This document shows positions 39,922-52,389 of a stretch of DNA of 64,000 nucleotides, in pieces. The position numbers were made by a program, and so were the translations under genes. The stretch's first letter is position 1. Every line of letters starts with the position of its first letter. The notes beneath the pieces were generated by a model that saw only the letters and a list, made by a program, of their open reading frames with translations, was not told where the DNA came from and made no database searches. The DNA is taken from contig NW_026515672.1 in assembly GCF_025526975.1 (NCBI RefSeq), positions 1 through 64,000 on the forward strand. The letters run 5' to 3'. This DNA comes from Fimicolochytrium jonesii (taxonomy: Eukaryota).

Positions 39922-41492
39922 ATGTTGTCTGCTGACGCTGGACCCTCTACTGCCGGGGCTCCCGGGGCCCACAAGCCCCGGGCAAAGAAGCCAAGCGCGA
40001 AGTCCGCTGCGGGGAAGCAGCGGGCGGACGGTGAATACGCTTTTTGGGACAACAAAGGAGAGGCGCTCTTGGTGGATTGGCTCTCTACGGGCGAGAACTC
40101 CAAGGCCCTGCAACATCGCGACACCCCGACGCCAACGGGGTCAACCGCTCGAAGAAGGATAGGCGAACGGACGTGATTCGGAAGATAAAAATGTTCATGT
40201 ATGAGAACCGAAAGGACATGACCGAGACTCACATCAAGAACAAGCTTGCACAGTGGGATAAGAAGTTCAAGGAGGCCCAGTGCCGATTCAATCAGACGGG
40301 GGAGGGTCTCACGGAGGAGGAGAAGAGGAATACCCCCAACATACAAACCTGTATTGTCAAGATCTTCCCGTATTTCTTAAAGCTCGAGCCTTATTGGTCC
40401 CACGCTGGCACGACGGCCTTGCACTCGGTAGGGTCTCAGGAGTCAATGGCCGACTCGTCAATCTTGCCCTCGAACCTCGCCGCCGCGCTGGTCCCGGGGG
40501 CCCCACCACAGTCACCTTCGCTTTGTGAGTCGCCGGACGAGGCCGGGACGCCGGAGGACTCGGAAACCGCGGGGTCCCATGAAACGCCGCAGGACACGCA
40601 GTCCGAGACACAGAACCCGTCGGAGACGCCGCCAGAGACGCCGCCAGACACGCAGGAGCAGCTGGGGTCGCAGCTTCACTCCCAACTGGGAGTTTTTGCG
40701 CGTATGGAGTTGCAAATGGCCCAGGAGGACATACTGGAGGGGTCCGCAGCCGGCGATGGGGAGTCCCCAACCTATGGGGGGCCGTCTAGCGGTTGGCAGA
40801 GTCATGATACACCCGCTCCTCCTGTTCCGGTGGTCCCCGCTACCCCTGTCGTGCCTGCCACGGCATCCGGGGAGCAGGTCTCTGGCGCGCAACCCCTCTC
40901 CAGCGCTCGTAAGGCTCTGTACCAGGTGCAAACCAGTCAGTCTACCGCCGCTAGCCCGGCAGCGTCCGCCCTGCACACGCCCACGCAGGCAACTATGAAA
41001 GCCACTAGGAAGCAAAAGAGCTCCGCCGTATCGGATCTCGCGGACCCCGTTACGTCGGATGACAAGGCCGGGAAGAGCGGGGCAGGTAGTAGTCGCAGCG
41101 CCCGGGTGAAATCCGGGATGATGACTGTCATCAGTGCCGTGATGGCGGGCGGGATAGACCGAACTCGCCTCAAAATGGATATGGAGGAGCGCCGCATGGC
41201 AAGGGAATCTGCGCTGGATGAGCAGATACTTGAAGAGAGGCGGTTGGACAGAGAGGAGGCCGGTCAACGCTTTCAGTTGGAGCTTGAGGAGCGCCAAGAG
41301 GCGAGGGAGGCAGAGCTCGAGGAGCAGTGGTTTGCCAGGGAGTCCGCGGAGTGACAATTCCAGCTGGAGCTTGAGGAACGGCGCGCGGACGCCGAGAGAC
41401 GCAGGCTGGACAGCAAGCGCAAATGGGATTTCAAGATGAAGGCCATCGAGATGAAGGCCAGGCTGCGGGACACCAAACCCACCGCGCAGTAG
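39922..41492 (+). pseudogene. Myb/SANT-like (trihelix) DNA-binding protein of PIF/Harbinger accessory type, decayed
   Basis: FWDNKGEALLVDWLSTGEN, frameshift near 40100-40140, IKNKLAQWDKKFKEAQCRFNQTGEGL...FPYFLKLEP, disordered middle, coiled-coil tail; premature TGA at 41352. Confidence 0.6.
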
Positions 41493-41938
41493 GCTGGTTT
41501 GACGAGCGTGTCCCCCCCCCCCCCCCCCTCCCCCCTCCGCACCTCTACCTCTGGCGTCGTGGGCCCTGTACTCCCGTCTATACCATGCATGGATTTAAAG
41601 GTGTTCCGTGGTAACTCGCATATGTCAGAAATATGACGCCTGTTGACTCTATGTCCCCCCGGGACCAGCTCGGCCCGTCCCTCTTACCTGCTCCCCCTGC
41701 CCCTGTGGGCGGGCGTCTGCCACGCGTCCCAGCGGTAGGGCTCGCCGGTCCCCCCACACCCCACTACCCCCACATGTTTCAGCCCGCGCGTGCACCCCAT
41801 ACCGTCCGGTGCTCGCTCCTCCGCTGTCTACATCCACCCATAAAAGTTGGGGTGGGCACGCCTCCCCCCTCGTCTCAGCGCACACAGCTGTCAGTGGCTT
41901 GCGCGTTTTCAAACAACCCTGCGGACCCAGCCCCCTCT

Positions 41939-42835
41939 ATGTCCAAGCAACTCGCCACGACAGGCGGAGACTTGACTCCGCCGCCCCTGTCATACGGAGA
42001 TCCGGGCTTGCGCCATGTGACAGCGCACCTCCTAGCTCTCTTGTAAGTGAAGAGTGAGGGTCCTGCTTGGGGTCCTGCTGGCCGTTCTGATGACGCTTGC
42101 AGATATATCGAACTGCGGGACATGTTCGAATGGGTACCGACGGACGAGATATTCAAGGCCATTGCACGATCCTCGACGACTGACTATCAGGTGAGCCGGG
42201 ACCTGGCGATCGCGCATTTGAAGTCCTTGCCACCTGGTACGTCAGACAGTTCGTTCCTTGTGTTGTTCCTTGTGTGTGGCGGACCCCACTGACCCCGTCT
42301 TCTGATAGCGCGCCTGCTTGTCACCCCGAGGCGCGCGGCGTCACACCACCAAGATGCACCAGCTGGCACGGGGTTGAAACTCCTCGCGGCCATCGAGACT
42401 CGCATGGCAACCGCCGCGAGCAGTGGCAGGATCACGGCGCAGGAAGTGATCAAGTTGGGGAGTAGCGACTCCAAGGATGTTGACCCGAGCTACCGTCCTG
42501 CAGGGGCGATCAAAGTGATCGAGGTGAACTCGGATGAGGAAGAGCCTCAATGAAAGCGACTCAAGAAGGGTAAAGGGCGTGCGACAACCCCTCCCCCGAC
42601 GAGCAAGAAGGGACCCCCCGACTACTACTCGAAAGCGCCGGGTGGGTCGGGCCTGACCCATGCTGAGAGAGACGCTATCCCGGGCGCTCCCGTTGCCCCC
42701 GCCGCCCCGGTTGCATTTGAACCAGGTCCATTTGAGCGGGTCCGCACGCCGTACCATGGCACAGGAGCGGGCAAGAAGGAGGACACGAGAGCGAAAGGCA
42801 AGAAGGAGTACACGGGCGCGAAAGCCAAGAAGTAA
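41939..42835 (+). pseudogene. Decayed hypothetical intron-containing gene
   Basis: MSKQLATT.../YIELRDMFEWVPTDEIF.../...DEEEPQ*KRLKKGKGR...KAKK*; GT-AG introns; internal TGA at 42551. Confidence 0.35.
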
Positions 42836-43169
42836 CGCGCGTAAGTAACATTCCTCTACCATGTGGGTCGTACGCCCGGGCCCCGCAGACAGTTACCCGT
42901 TGACGTCCGAGACAGCTTTAGAATATCGCGGAGGCCGAGCGGTGTGCGCGTGGGCAACCGGTGCAACAAGCGAGCAAGGAGACATCTCCAGCGCTACTAG
43001 CAAGGAGAGAGTCGTAGCAGCTTTGCAAACGGGGTGGGAGAGAGAGGAGACGGGGCGTCACAGGCCCTAACGTGAATATATAGTCAGCAGAAACAGCATT
43101 CTTAGTTATAGCGCTTGCAGGAACAAACACAATACACCTTGCGCACGCGCCCCTATCATCCCACCTCCA

Positions 43170-43699
43170 TGTTATGGACGACGCGTCCATACCATGCGCT
43201 TACCTCATGACAGCATCCCAACAGTCAGTCAATGTCAATTCTCTGTCAAAACCTGACATCTGCCAAACCTCGCAGCCGCACGCAGCCGCGCTACCCCACA
43301 CCTGCCACTGCCTTCATTTCTCCACGCAGCCGCACGTAGCCACACCTCCCAACACTCGGCGCTTACAAACCCTTCTCCATACTTCCCCATGTACCCGCCC
43401 ACAGCCTCAGCGTAGCCACCCCATCCCCAGTCTTCTGTTTCTATGCTTCCCCACCCTTGGCGCTTCTCTTGGCTTCCCTCTCATTCCGTACCCTTCTGCT
43501 TCCCCACGCTTCCCCAGCCTTCCCAGAAAAACATAAATAGCCGCCTCCCCTGAGCTCCCCACTTCCTGATCCCCCAGCAGATCAACACCAGTTCTTCCTA
43601 GTCTTGTTCTAGTTCTTGTTTCGGTCTGAATACCATTACCTGTCAACAACCTGCACCACAAGTCGCCTCTATTTCCATCGGCTCCGCCCATTCATAACA
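43170..43699 (+). repeat. LTR1 (530 bp)
   Basis: TGTTATG...CATAACA termini; preceded by CTCCA (candidate TSD); TATA-like CATAAATA near 43532. Confidence 0.93.
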
Positions 43700-43701
43700 G
43701 T

Positions 43702-43711
43702 TTGATCTGCT
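43702..43711 (+). promoter_or_regulatory. Self-priming primer-binding site (Tf1/sushi type)
   Basis: TTGATCTGCT is complementary to AGCAGATCAA at 43576-43585 inside the LTR. Confidence 0.7.
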
Positions 43712-43750
43712 CAACAACCCCCAGCCGCTGTACCTCCACGCCAAATCACC

Positions 43751-44677
43751 ATGTCCGACGCCCTTCCCCTCACGGCCGAAGCCTGGCAAGCCATGTGCAA
43801 TGCGATTGACGAACTTCGAGCACAGAATACCACCCTACAAGCCGAACTAGCGCAAACCCAGACCACTGCCCCTGCCACCCACGCCCCCGAACCCAAAATC
43901 AGTCTCCCAGACAAATTTGATGGCACCCGAAGCAAGTTCCGTGGGTTCCTCAACCAGATCCGGCTCATGTTCGCCCTCCAACCCAGGCGCTACCCCAACG
44001 ATCAGACCAAGATACGAACTATTGGCACCTACCTCACTGGCACCGCCCAGGCCTGGCTGGCGCCCCTTGTCGAACAAGACCATCATTCCCTTACGAACCT
44101 GGATGATTTCATCCAGCAAATGCAAGCAGTCTTTGGAGACAGCGACAGGATCCGCACGTCCGAAAACAAGCTCCAGAACCTTCGACAAACCCGTGCAGCA
44201 ACAGAGTATGTAGCTGAATTCCGACAGCTGCAATGCGATGTGTTGTGGAATGACCAGGCATTGATTGCCACCTTCCGTCGCGGCCTCAAAGAAGACGTCA
44301 AGGACTTAATGCTCACGATGCCCCCTACCGCCTCAATCGACACCGTGATGGAACAGGCCATCCAATGTGACAACCGATTGTTTGAGCGCCGTCTAGAGCG
44401 AAGCAGGAACCGACAGCCATATGTGCCAGTTACCACTAGCCCCACCCTCATGAGCCCCGACAACCGCCCAGACGACCCTATGATCATTGACGCTGCTCGT
44501 CCGCGAGGACCCCTCACACCGCTAGAGCGCCAACACCGCATCACAAACAAACTTTGCCTCTACTGTGGTAAACCCGGCCACATAGCCAAACTCTGCCCGA
44601 ACAAGATACGCACGGCGAATGTCGCGGTTAAGGAACCTGCACCCATCCAGGATTTTGCCCAAGTCCAGCTGCAGTAA
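43751..44677 (+). CDS. gag: Gag with CCHC zinc knuckle, copy 1
   Basis: PDKFDGTRSKFRGFL, CLYCGKPGHIAKLC. Confidence 0.93.
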   Translation: MSDALPLTAEAWQAMCNAIDELRAQNTTLQAELAQTQTTAPATHAPEPKISLPDKFDGTRSKFRGFLNQIRLMFALQPRRYPNDQTKIRTIGTYLTGTAQAWLAPLVEQDHHSLTNLDDFIQQMQAVFGDSDRIRTSENKLQNLRQTRAATEYVAEFRQLQCDVLWNDQALIATFRRGLKEDVKDLMLTMPPTASIDTVMEQAIQCDNRLFERRLERSRNRQPYVPVTTSPTLMSPDNRPDDPMIIDAARPRGPLTPLERQHRITNKLCLYCGKPGHIAKLCPNKIRTANVAVKEPAPIQDFAQVQLQ

Positions 44678-47600
44678 AGGCCGAGCAGCTGGGCAACACC
44701 TGTCCTGGGCCTTCTCACCACGCAAGTACTGCCAAGGGAGAAGCCACAAAACCTTGCTCCGATCCTGGCATCTCCAGCAACACCCTTCTCCTGACCACCA
44801 ACAATGTCAATCTCCTATCTGAGATACCCTCACCCATGCGGACTTTGGGCCCATCCTCACCATTCGAGTACCCTGTTACCCTGCAGATATCGGCCCAGCG
44901 AGCTCCAGTTCAGCTTTCAGCACTACTCGACACCGGTGCGATGTCGTGCTTCATCGACGAAAGTTATGCCCGCAAGCACCGCATCCCACTGGTCAAGAAG
45001 GAGGACCCCATTGCGCTTGAACTGGTTGACGGACGTCCCAGCCATGCGGGCTCCATTACCCATCACACCCAACCTTTAGGCATGTGGGTCAACGACCATT
45101 TTGAGGAGGTGGTATTCCATGTGACATGTTCCCCGCATGCGCCAATCATCCTGGGGCTTCCCTGGTTTGAGCTCCATGATGTGGAGCTACATTGGAAGAC
45201 TCGCACTCTTTCCATCCGCTGCCATTGCGGTTTTGGACAATACGCCTCCTGGGATGCCCTGCCAACAGAACCTAGCCCGAAGCCCTCAAGAACCCCTGAA
45301 CCTCTGATCCGTATCCATCAAGACGAGATTTCAGTCTCCCTAGCCCAGACACCCAACACACTGGACCCAGCACCCACACCGATCCACGTATCGTTTATCA
45401 GCGCCCCAGCTTTCCGTGTGGCGGCAAGGCATGACCAGGCATTCATTGCCTACGCCAATCCGACCAAGTCAGATTCCCAAGCCCTGGCGACCACTCCTCC
45501 AAAAGATCCGAAGGCCATCATTCCTGAAGAATACCAAGATTTTGCGGACGTCTTTGCCAAGAAGAACGCGGATACCCTCCCAGAGCACTGACCCTACGAC
45601 TGTCCCATCGACTTAGAAGAGGGCAAACAGCCACCGTTCGGCCCGATCTATAGTCTCAGCGAGCCTGAAATGCAGGCACTCTGTGACTACCTTGAAGAGA
45701 ACCTAGCTAAGGGGTTCATCAAGCACTCCAAGTCTCCCGCCGGTGCCCCAGTCCTCTTTGTCAAGAAAAAGGACGGTTCCCTCCGTCTGTGCGTCCACTA
45801 TCGTGGACTCAACAATATCACCATCAAGAATCGCTATCCCTTGCCCTTGATTAACAGCATCATGGATCGTCTTCGAGGGGCACGCCGGCTCACCAAGATT
45901 GACCTCCGGGGAGCCTACAACCTTCTTCGGATCCGGCCAGGGGATGAATGGAAGACAGCGTTCCGATGTCGCTACGGCCTATTCGAGTATAATGTCATGC
46001 CGTTTGGGCTCACCAATGCCCCTGGAGTATTCCAACACCTCATGAACGACATATTCCGTGACATTCTCGACGTTTTTGTTGTGGTCCACCTTGACGACAT
46101 TCTGATCTTCTCAAAAAACCCAGAAGACCACCCCACCCACGTCCGAGAGGTGCTCTCACGACTCCGCCAGCACGGGCTGTATGCGAAACCGGAAAAATGC
46201 GAATTCAACCGTGACTCTGTTGAGTTCCTGGGGTTTATCATCTCCCAGCAAGGCATTTCCATGGACCCAAAGAAGACGGCTGCCATTACCGAATGGGAAC
46301 CCCCGACGAATGTCAAAGGCATCCAGCGCTTCCTTGGTTTTGCCAACTTCTACCGGCGATTCATCAAAGGGTACTCTGCGATCGTTGCACCCCTGACCAC
46401 GCTCACTTGCAAAGACTTGCCATTCAAATGGACCCACGCTGCACACCTAGCTTTTGAAACCCTCAAGAACGCCTTCACCTCCGCACCTATCCTGACTCAC
46501 CCCGACCCTGACAAGCCCTTCATTGTCGAATCCGATGCCTCCGACTTTGCCCTTGGCGCCGTCCTCCTTCAACCCGATGACACAGATCAACTCCACCCCG
46601 TGGCCTTTCACTCCCGCAAATTTACTCCTGAGGAAATCAACTATGAGATCTACGACAAGGAACTCCTGGCTATCCAAGACTCATTTGCTCAATGGCGACA
46701 CCACCTCATTGGTGCCCGCCACAAGGTTATCGTTTACTGTGACCACAAGAACCTCCAGTACTTCATGACTACCCGTACCCTCAACCGCCGCCAATCCCGC
46801 TGGTCAATCTTCTTTGCTGATTTCGACTTTGTCATCACATACCGCCCTGGTACCCAGCAACACCAAGCTGACGCCCTCTCTCGTCGCTCTGAATACGAGC
46901 TAAGGGAGGGGGAAGAAGCATTCCGCTCCCAGGAAACCACGATCCTCACCCCTGACCATCTCCGCCTGGCCGCCACTTATCTGACCCCACTGGACTCCTC
47001 GCTCCTTGACCAAATCAAAGCTGCCCTGGCATCCGATGTGTTTGCGCAAACCATCCGGCGACAGCTTAGGGCCCCCATTGCCCAGCAATCTCAAGAAGAC
47101 CAAGAACGGATAAAGCGATTCTCCGAGGAAAATGGGGTTCTGCTATACGACAACCTTGTCTACGTCCCCACCAACAAGCTCCGTGCTGAGATCTGCCGGG
47201 ACATGCATGACACGCGTTTGGCAGGACACTACGGCATGTCAAAGACCCTGGAGCTCATCTCACGCAACTACTGGTGGCCTAGCCAGTGGCGTTTTGTCAA
47301 GTCCTACATCAGGTCCTGCGACGTATGTGCTCAAGCCAAGACCAGCAGACAAAAGCCCTACGGTCTCCTCCAACCCCTGCAGATCCCTGACCGCCCCTGG
47401 GGGTCAATTTCCATGGACTTCATCACGGATCTACCCGCCAGTGATGGGGTTGATTCTGTGCTCGTTGTCATCTGCCGGTTCACCAAGATGGCGCACTTTG
47501 TACCGTGCAGGAAAACTGCCACCGCTGAGTCAACTGCAGATCTGATCTGGCACCATGTCATCCGGGTCCATGGACTCCCCGACGATATTGTATCTGACCG

Positions 47601-48504
47601 TGGCCCACAGTTCAACTCCCACTTCTGGAAACGTCTCTTCGCTCTCCTGGGAACCAAGGTCAACCTCTCATCGGCGTTCCATCCCCAGAGCGATGGACAA
47701 ACCGAGCGGACCAATCAGATTCTTGAGCAATACCTTCGCTGCTTTTGCAACTATCAACAAGATAACTGGAAGGAACTCTTGTCTTCTGCTGAGTTCTCTT
47801 ACAATAACACCATCCACTCCGCCACCCAGACAACCCCCTTCTACGCCAACTATGGGTTCCATCCTCGATTCAGTCTGGCTTCCGCCACCACAACCGAATC
47901 CCTTAATCCTGCAGCCGAAGCTCGTGCCAACCTTCTCAAGGAAATCCATGAACAGCTTGCCACTGAGCTCAAGGAGGCCCAAGGACGCATGAAGCGCTTT
48001 GCCGATGCTAAGAGGGCACCTGGCCCAGACATGAAACCCGGGGACAGTGTCTGGCTCTTACAGCGGAATCTCAAGACTCTCCGACCTTCCCAGAAACTTG
48101 ATCACTGTCAGATTGGCCCCTTCACAATCACGGAGAAGATCAACTCGGTCACATATCGCCTCAAGCTTCCCCCATCCTACAAAATTCACAACGTCTTCCA
48201 TGTCTCCCTTCTTGAACCACGTTTCACCATTCTGGAGCGAACTGAGCCAGAACCCACCCCACCAGAAGAAGTCGAAGGACAGGAGGAATGGATTGTGGAA
48301 GACATTCTTGACTCCCGTATTCGACGCACGCACCTTCAGTACCTCATCAAGTGGCAGGGTTGGCCAAGCTCGGAGAACACATGGGAGCCAGTGGAACACC
48401 TTGCCCGATGTCAAGAGCTTGTTGCCCAGTTCCACCAAAAGTACCCCGACAAACCCCGACCAAAGCCTGCCAACATCAAAACAACATCCGGACGCCGTGG
48501 CTAA
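44632..48504 (+). pseudogene. pol: Pol (PR-RT-RNaseH-IN-chromodomain), copy 1, defective
   Basis: LLDTGA protease, RT, ESDASD RNase H, HHCC and DDE integrase, chromodomain [20 protein letters not shown] at 45589, YLDD changed to HLDD, CVDY changed to CVHY. Confidence 0.93.
44650..44713 (+). promoter_or_regulatory. -1 programmed ribosomal frameshift signal for gag-pol
   Basis: G_GAT_TTT at 44650-44656, 6-nt spacer, stem 44663-44672 with 44685-44694, loop AAGGCC pairing with GGCCTT at 44708-44713; pol is in the -1 frame. Confidence 0.7.
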
Positions 48505-48516
48505 AGGAGGGGGTGA

Positions 48517-49110
48517 TGTTATGGACGACGCGTCCATACCATGCGCTTACCTCATGACAGCATCCCAACAGTCAGTCAATGTCAATTCCCTGTCAAAACC
48601 TGACATCTGCCAAACCTCGCAGCCGCACGCAGCCGCGCTACCCCACACCTGCCACTGCCTTCATTTCTCCACGCAGCCGCACGTAGCCACACCTCCCAAC
48701 ACTCGGCGCTTACAAACCCTTCTCCATACTTCCCCACGTACCCGCCCACAGCCTCAGCGTAGCCACCCCATCCCCAGTCTTCTGTTTCCATACTTCCCCA
48801 CGTACCCGCCCACAGCCTCAGCGTAGCCACCCCATCCCCAGTCTTCTGTTTCTATGCTTCCCCACCCTTGGCGCTTCTCTTGGCTTCCCTCTCATTCCGT
48901 ACCCTTCTGCTTGCCCACGCTTCCCCAGCCTTCCCAGAAAAACATAAATAGCCGCCTCCCCTGAGCTCCCCACTTCCTGATCCCCCAGCAGATCAACACC
49001 AGTTCTTCCTAGTCTTGTTCTAGTTCTTGTTTCGGTCTGAATACCATTACCTGTCAACAACCTGCACCACAAGTCGCCTCTATTTCCGTCGGCTCCGCCC
49101 ATTCTTAACA
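48517..49110 (+). repeat. LTR2 (594 bp, with 64-bp internal tandem duplication)
   Basis: Preceded by PPT AAAGGAGGGGGTGA; TGTTATG...TTAACA termini. Confidence 0.93.
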
Positions 49111-52100
49111 TACGCCTCCTGGGATGCCCTGCCAACAGAACCTAGCCCGAAGCCCTCAAAAACCCCTGAACCTCTGATCCGTATCCATCAAGACGAGATT
49201 TCAGTCTCCCTAGCCCAGACACCCAACACACTGGACCCAGCACCCACACCAATCCACGTATCGTTTATCAGCGCCCCAGCTTTCCGTGTGGCGGCAAGGC
49301 ATGACCAGGCATTCATTGCCTACGCCAATCCGACCAAGTCAGATTCCCAAGCCCTGGCGACCACTCCTCCAAAAGATCCGAAGGCCATCATTCCTGAAGA
49401 ATACCAAGATTTTGCGGACGTCTTCGCCAAGAAGAACGCGGATACCCTCCCAGAGCACCGACCCTACGACTGTCCCATCGACGTAGAAGAGGGCAAACAG
49501 CCACCGTTCGGCCCGATCTATAGTCTCAGCGAGCCTGAAATGAAGGCGCTCTGTGACTACCTTGAAGAGAACCTAGCTAAGGGGTTCATCAAGCACTCCA
49601 AGTCTCCCGCCGGTGCCCCAGTCCTCTTTGTCAAGAAAAAGGACGGTTCCCTCCGTCTGTGCGTAGACTATCGTGGACTCAACAATATCACCATCAAGAA
49701 TCGCTATCCCTTGCCCTTGATTAACAGCATCATGGATCGTCTTCGAGGGGCACGCCGGCTCACCAAGATTGACCTCCCGGGAGCCTACAACCTTCTTCAG
49801 GATCCGGCCAGGGGATGAATGGAAGACAGCGTTCCGATGTCGCTACGGCCTATTCGAGTATAATGTCATGCCGTTTGGGCTCACCAATGCCCCTGGAGTA
49901 TTCCAACACCTCATGAACGACATATTCCGTGACATTCTTGACGTTTTTGTTGTGGTCTACCTTGACGACATTCTGATCTTCTCAAAAAACCCAGAAGACC
50001 ACCCCAAGCACGTCCGAGAGGTGCTCTCACGACTCCGCCAGCACGGGCTGTATGCGAAACCAGGAAAAATGCGAATTCAACCGTGACTCTGTTGAGTTCC
50101 TGGGGTTTATCATCTCCCAGCAAGGCATTTCCATGGACCCAAAGAAGACGGCTGCCATTACCGAATGGGAACCCCCGACGAATGTCAAAGGCATCCAGCG
50201 CTTCCTTGGTTTTGCCAACTTCTACCGGCGATTCATCAAAGGGTACTCTGCGATCGTTGCACCCCTGACCACGCTCACTCGCAAAGACTTGCCATTCAAA
50301 TGGACCCACGCTGCACACCTAGCTTTTGAAACCCTCAAGAACGCCTTCACCTCCGCACCTATCCTGACTCACCCCGACCCTGACAAGCCCTTCATTGTCG
50401 AATCCGATGCCTCCGACTTTGCCCTTGGCGCCGTCCTCCTTCAACCCGATGACACAGATCAACTCCACCCCGTGGCCTTTCACTCCCGCAAATTTACTCC
50501 TGAGGAAATCAACTATGAGATCTACGACAAGGAACTCCTGGCTATCCAAGACTCATTTGCTCAATGGCGACACCACCTCATTGGTGCCCGCCACAAGGTT
50601 ATCGTTTACTGTGACCACAAGAACCTCCAGTACTTCATGACTACCCGTACCCTCAACCGCCGCCAATCCCGCTGGTCAATCTTCTTTGCTGATTTCGACT
50701 TTGTCATCACATACCGCCCTGGTACCCAGCAACACCAAGCTGACGCCCTCTCTCGTCGCTCTGAATACGAGCTAAGGGAGGGGGAAGAAGCATTCCGCTC
50801 CCAGGAAACCACGATCCTCACCCCTGACCATCTCCGCCTGGCCGCCACTTATCTGACCCCACTGGACTCCTCGCTCCTTGACCAAATCAAAGCTGCCCTG
50901 GCATCCGATGTGTTTGCGCAAACCATCCGGCGACAGCTTAGGGCCCCCATTGCCCAGCAATCTCAAGAAGACCAAGAACGGATAAAGCGATTCTCCGAGG
51001 AAAATGGGGTTCTGCTATACGACAACCTTGTCTACGTCCCCACCAACAAGCTCCGTGCTGGAGATCTGCCGGGACATGCATGACACGCGTTTGGCAGGAC
51101 ACTACGGCATGTCAAAGACCCTGGAGCTCATCTCACGCAACTACTGGTGGCCTAGCCAGTGGCGTTTTGTCAAGTCCTACATCAGGTCCTGCGACGTATG
51201 TGCTCAAGCCAAGACCAGCAGACACAAGCCCTACGGTCTCCTCCAACCCCTGCAGATCCCTGACCGCCCCTGGGGGTCAATTTCCATGGACTTCATCACG
51301 GATCTACCCGCCAGTGATGGGGTTGATTCTGTGCTCGTTGTCATCTGCCGGTTCACCAAGATGGCGCACTTTGTACCGTGCAGGAAAACTGCCACCGCTG
51401 AGTCAACTGCAGATCTGATCTGGCACCATGTCATCCGGGTCCATGGACTCCCCGACGATATTGTATCTGACCGTGGCCCACAGTTCAACTCCCACTTCTG
51501 GAAACGTCTCTTCGCTCTCCTGGGAACCAAGGTCAACCTCTCATCGGCGTTCCATCCCCAGAGCGATGGACAAACCGAGCGGACCAATCAGATTCTTGAG
51601 CAATACCTTCGCTGCTTTTGCAACTATCAACAAGATAACTGGAAGGAACTCTTGTCTTCTGCTGAGTTCTCTTACAATAACACCATCCACTCCGCCACCC
51701 AGACAACCCCCTTCTACGCCAACTATGGGTTCCATCCTCGATTCAGTCTGGCTTCCGCCACCACAACCGAATCCCTTAATCCTGCAGCCGAAGCTCGTGC
51801 CAACCATCTCAAGGAAATCCATGAACAGCTTGCCACTGAGCTCAAGGAGGCCCAAGGACGCATGAAGCGCTTTGCCGATGCTAAGAGGGCACCTGGCCCA
51901 GACATGAAACCCGGGGACAGTGTCTGGCTCTTACAGCGGAATCTCAAGACTCTCCGACCTTCCCAGAAACTTGATCACTGTAAGATTGGCCCCTTCACAA
52001 TCACGGAGAAGATCAACTCGGTCACATATCGCCTCAAGCTTCCCCCATCCTACAAAATTCACAACGTCTTCCATGTCTCCCTTCTTGAACCACGTTTCAC

Positions 52101-52377
52101 CATTCCGGAGCGAACTGAGCCAGAACCCACCCCACCAGAAGAAGTCGAAGGACAGGAGGAATGGATTGTGGAAGACATTCTTGACTCCCGTATTCGACGC
52201 ACGCACCTTCAGTACCTCATCAAGTGGCAGGGTTGGCCAAGCTCGGAGAACACATGGGAGCCAGTGGAACACCTTGCCCGATGTCAAGAGCTTGTTGCCC
52301 AGTTCCACCAAAAGTACCCCGACAAACCCCGACCAAAGCCTGCCAACATCAAAACAACATCCGGACGCCGTGGCTAA
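49111..52377 (+). pseudogene. pol: Truncated pol unit A (no PBS, gag or protease), frameshifted
   Basis: Starts at TACGCC, equivalent to 45241 of copy 1. Confidence 0.9.
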
Positions 52378-52389
52378 AGGAGGGGGTGA

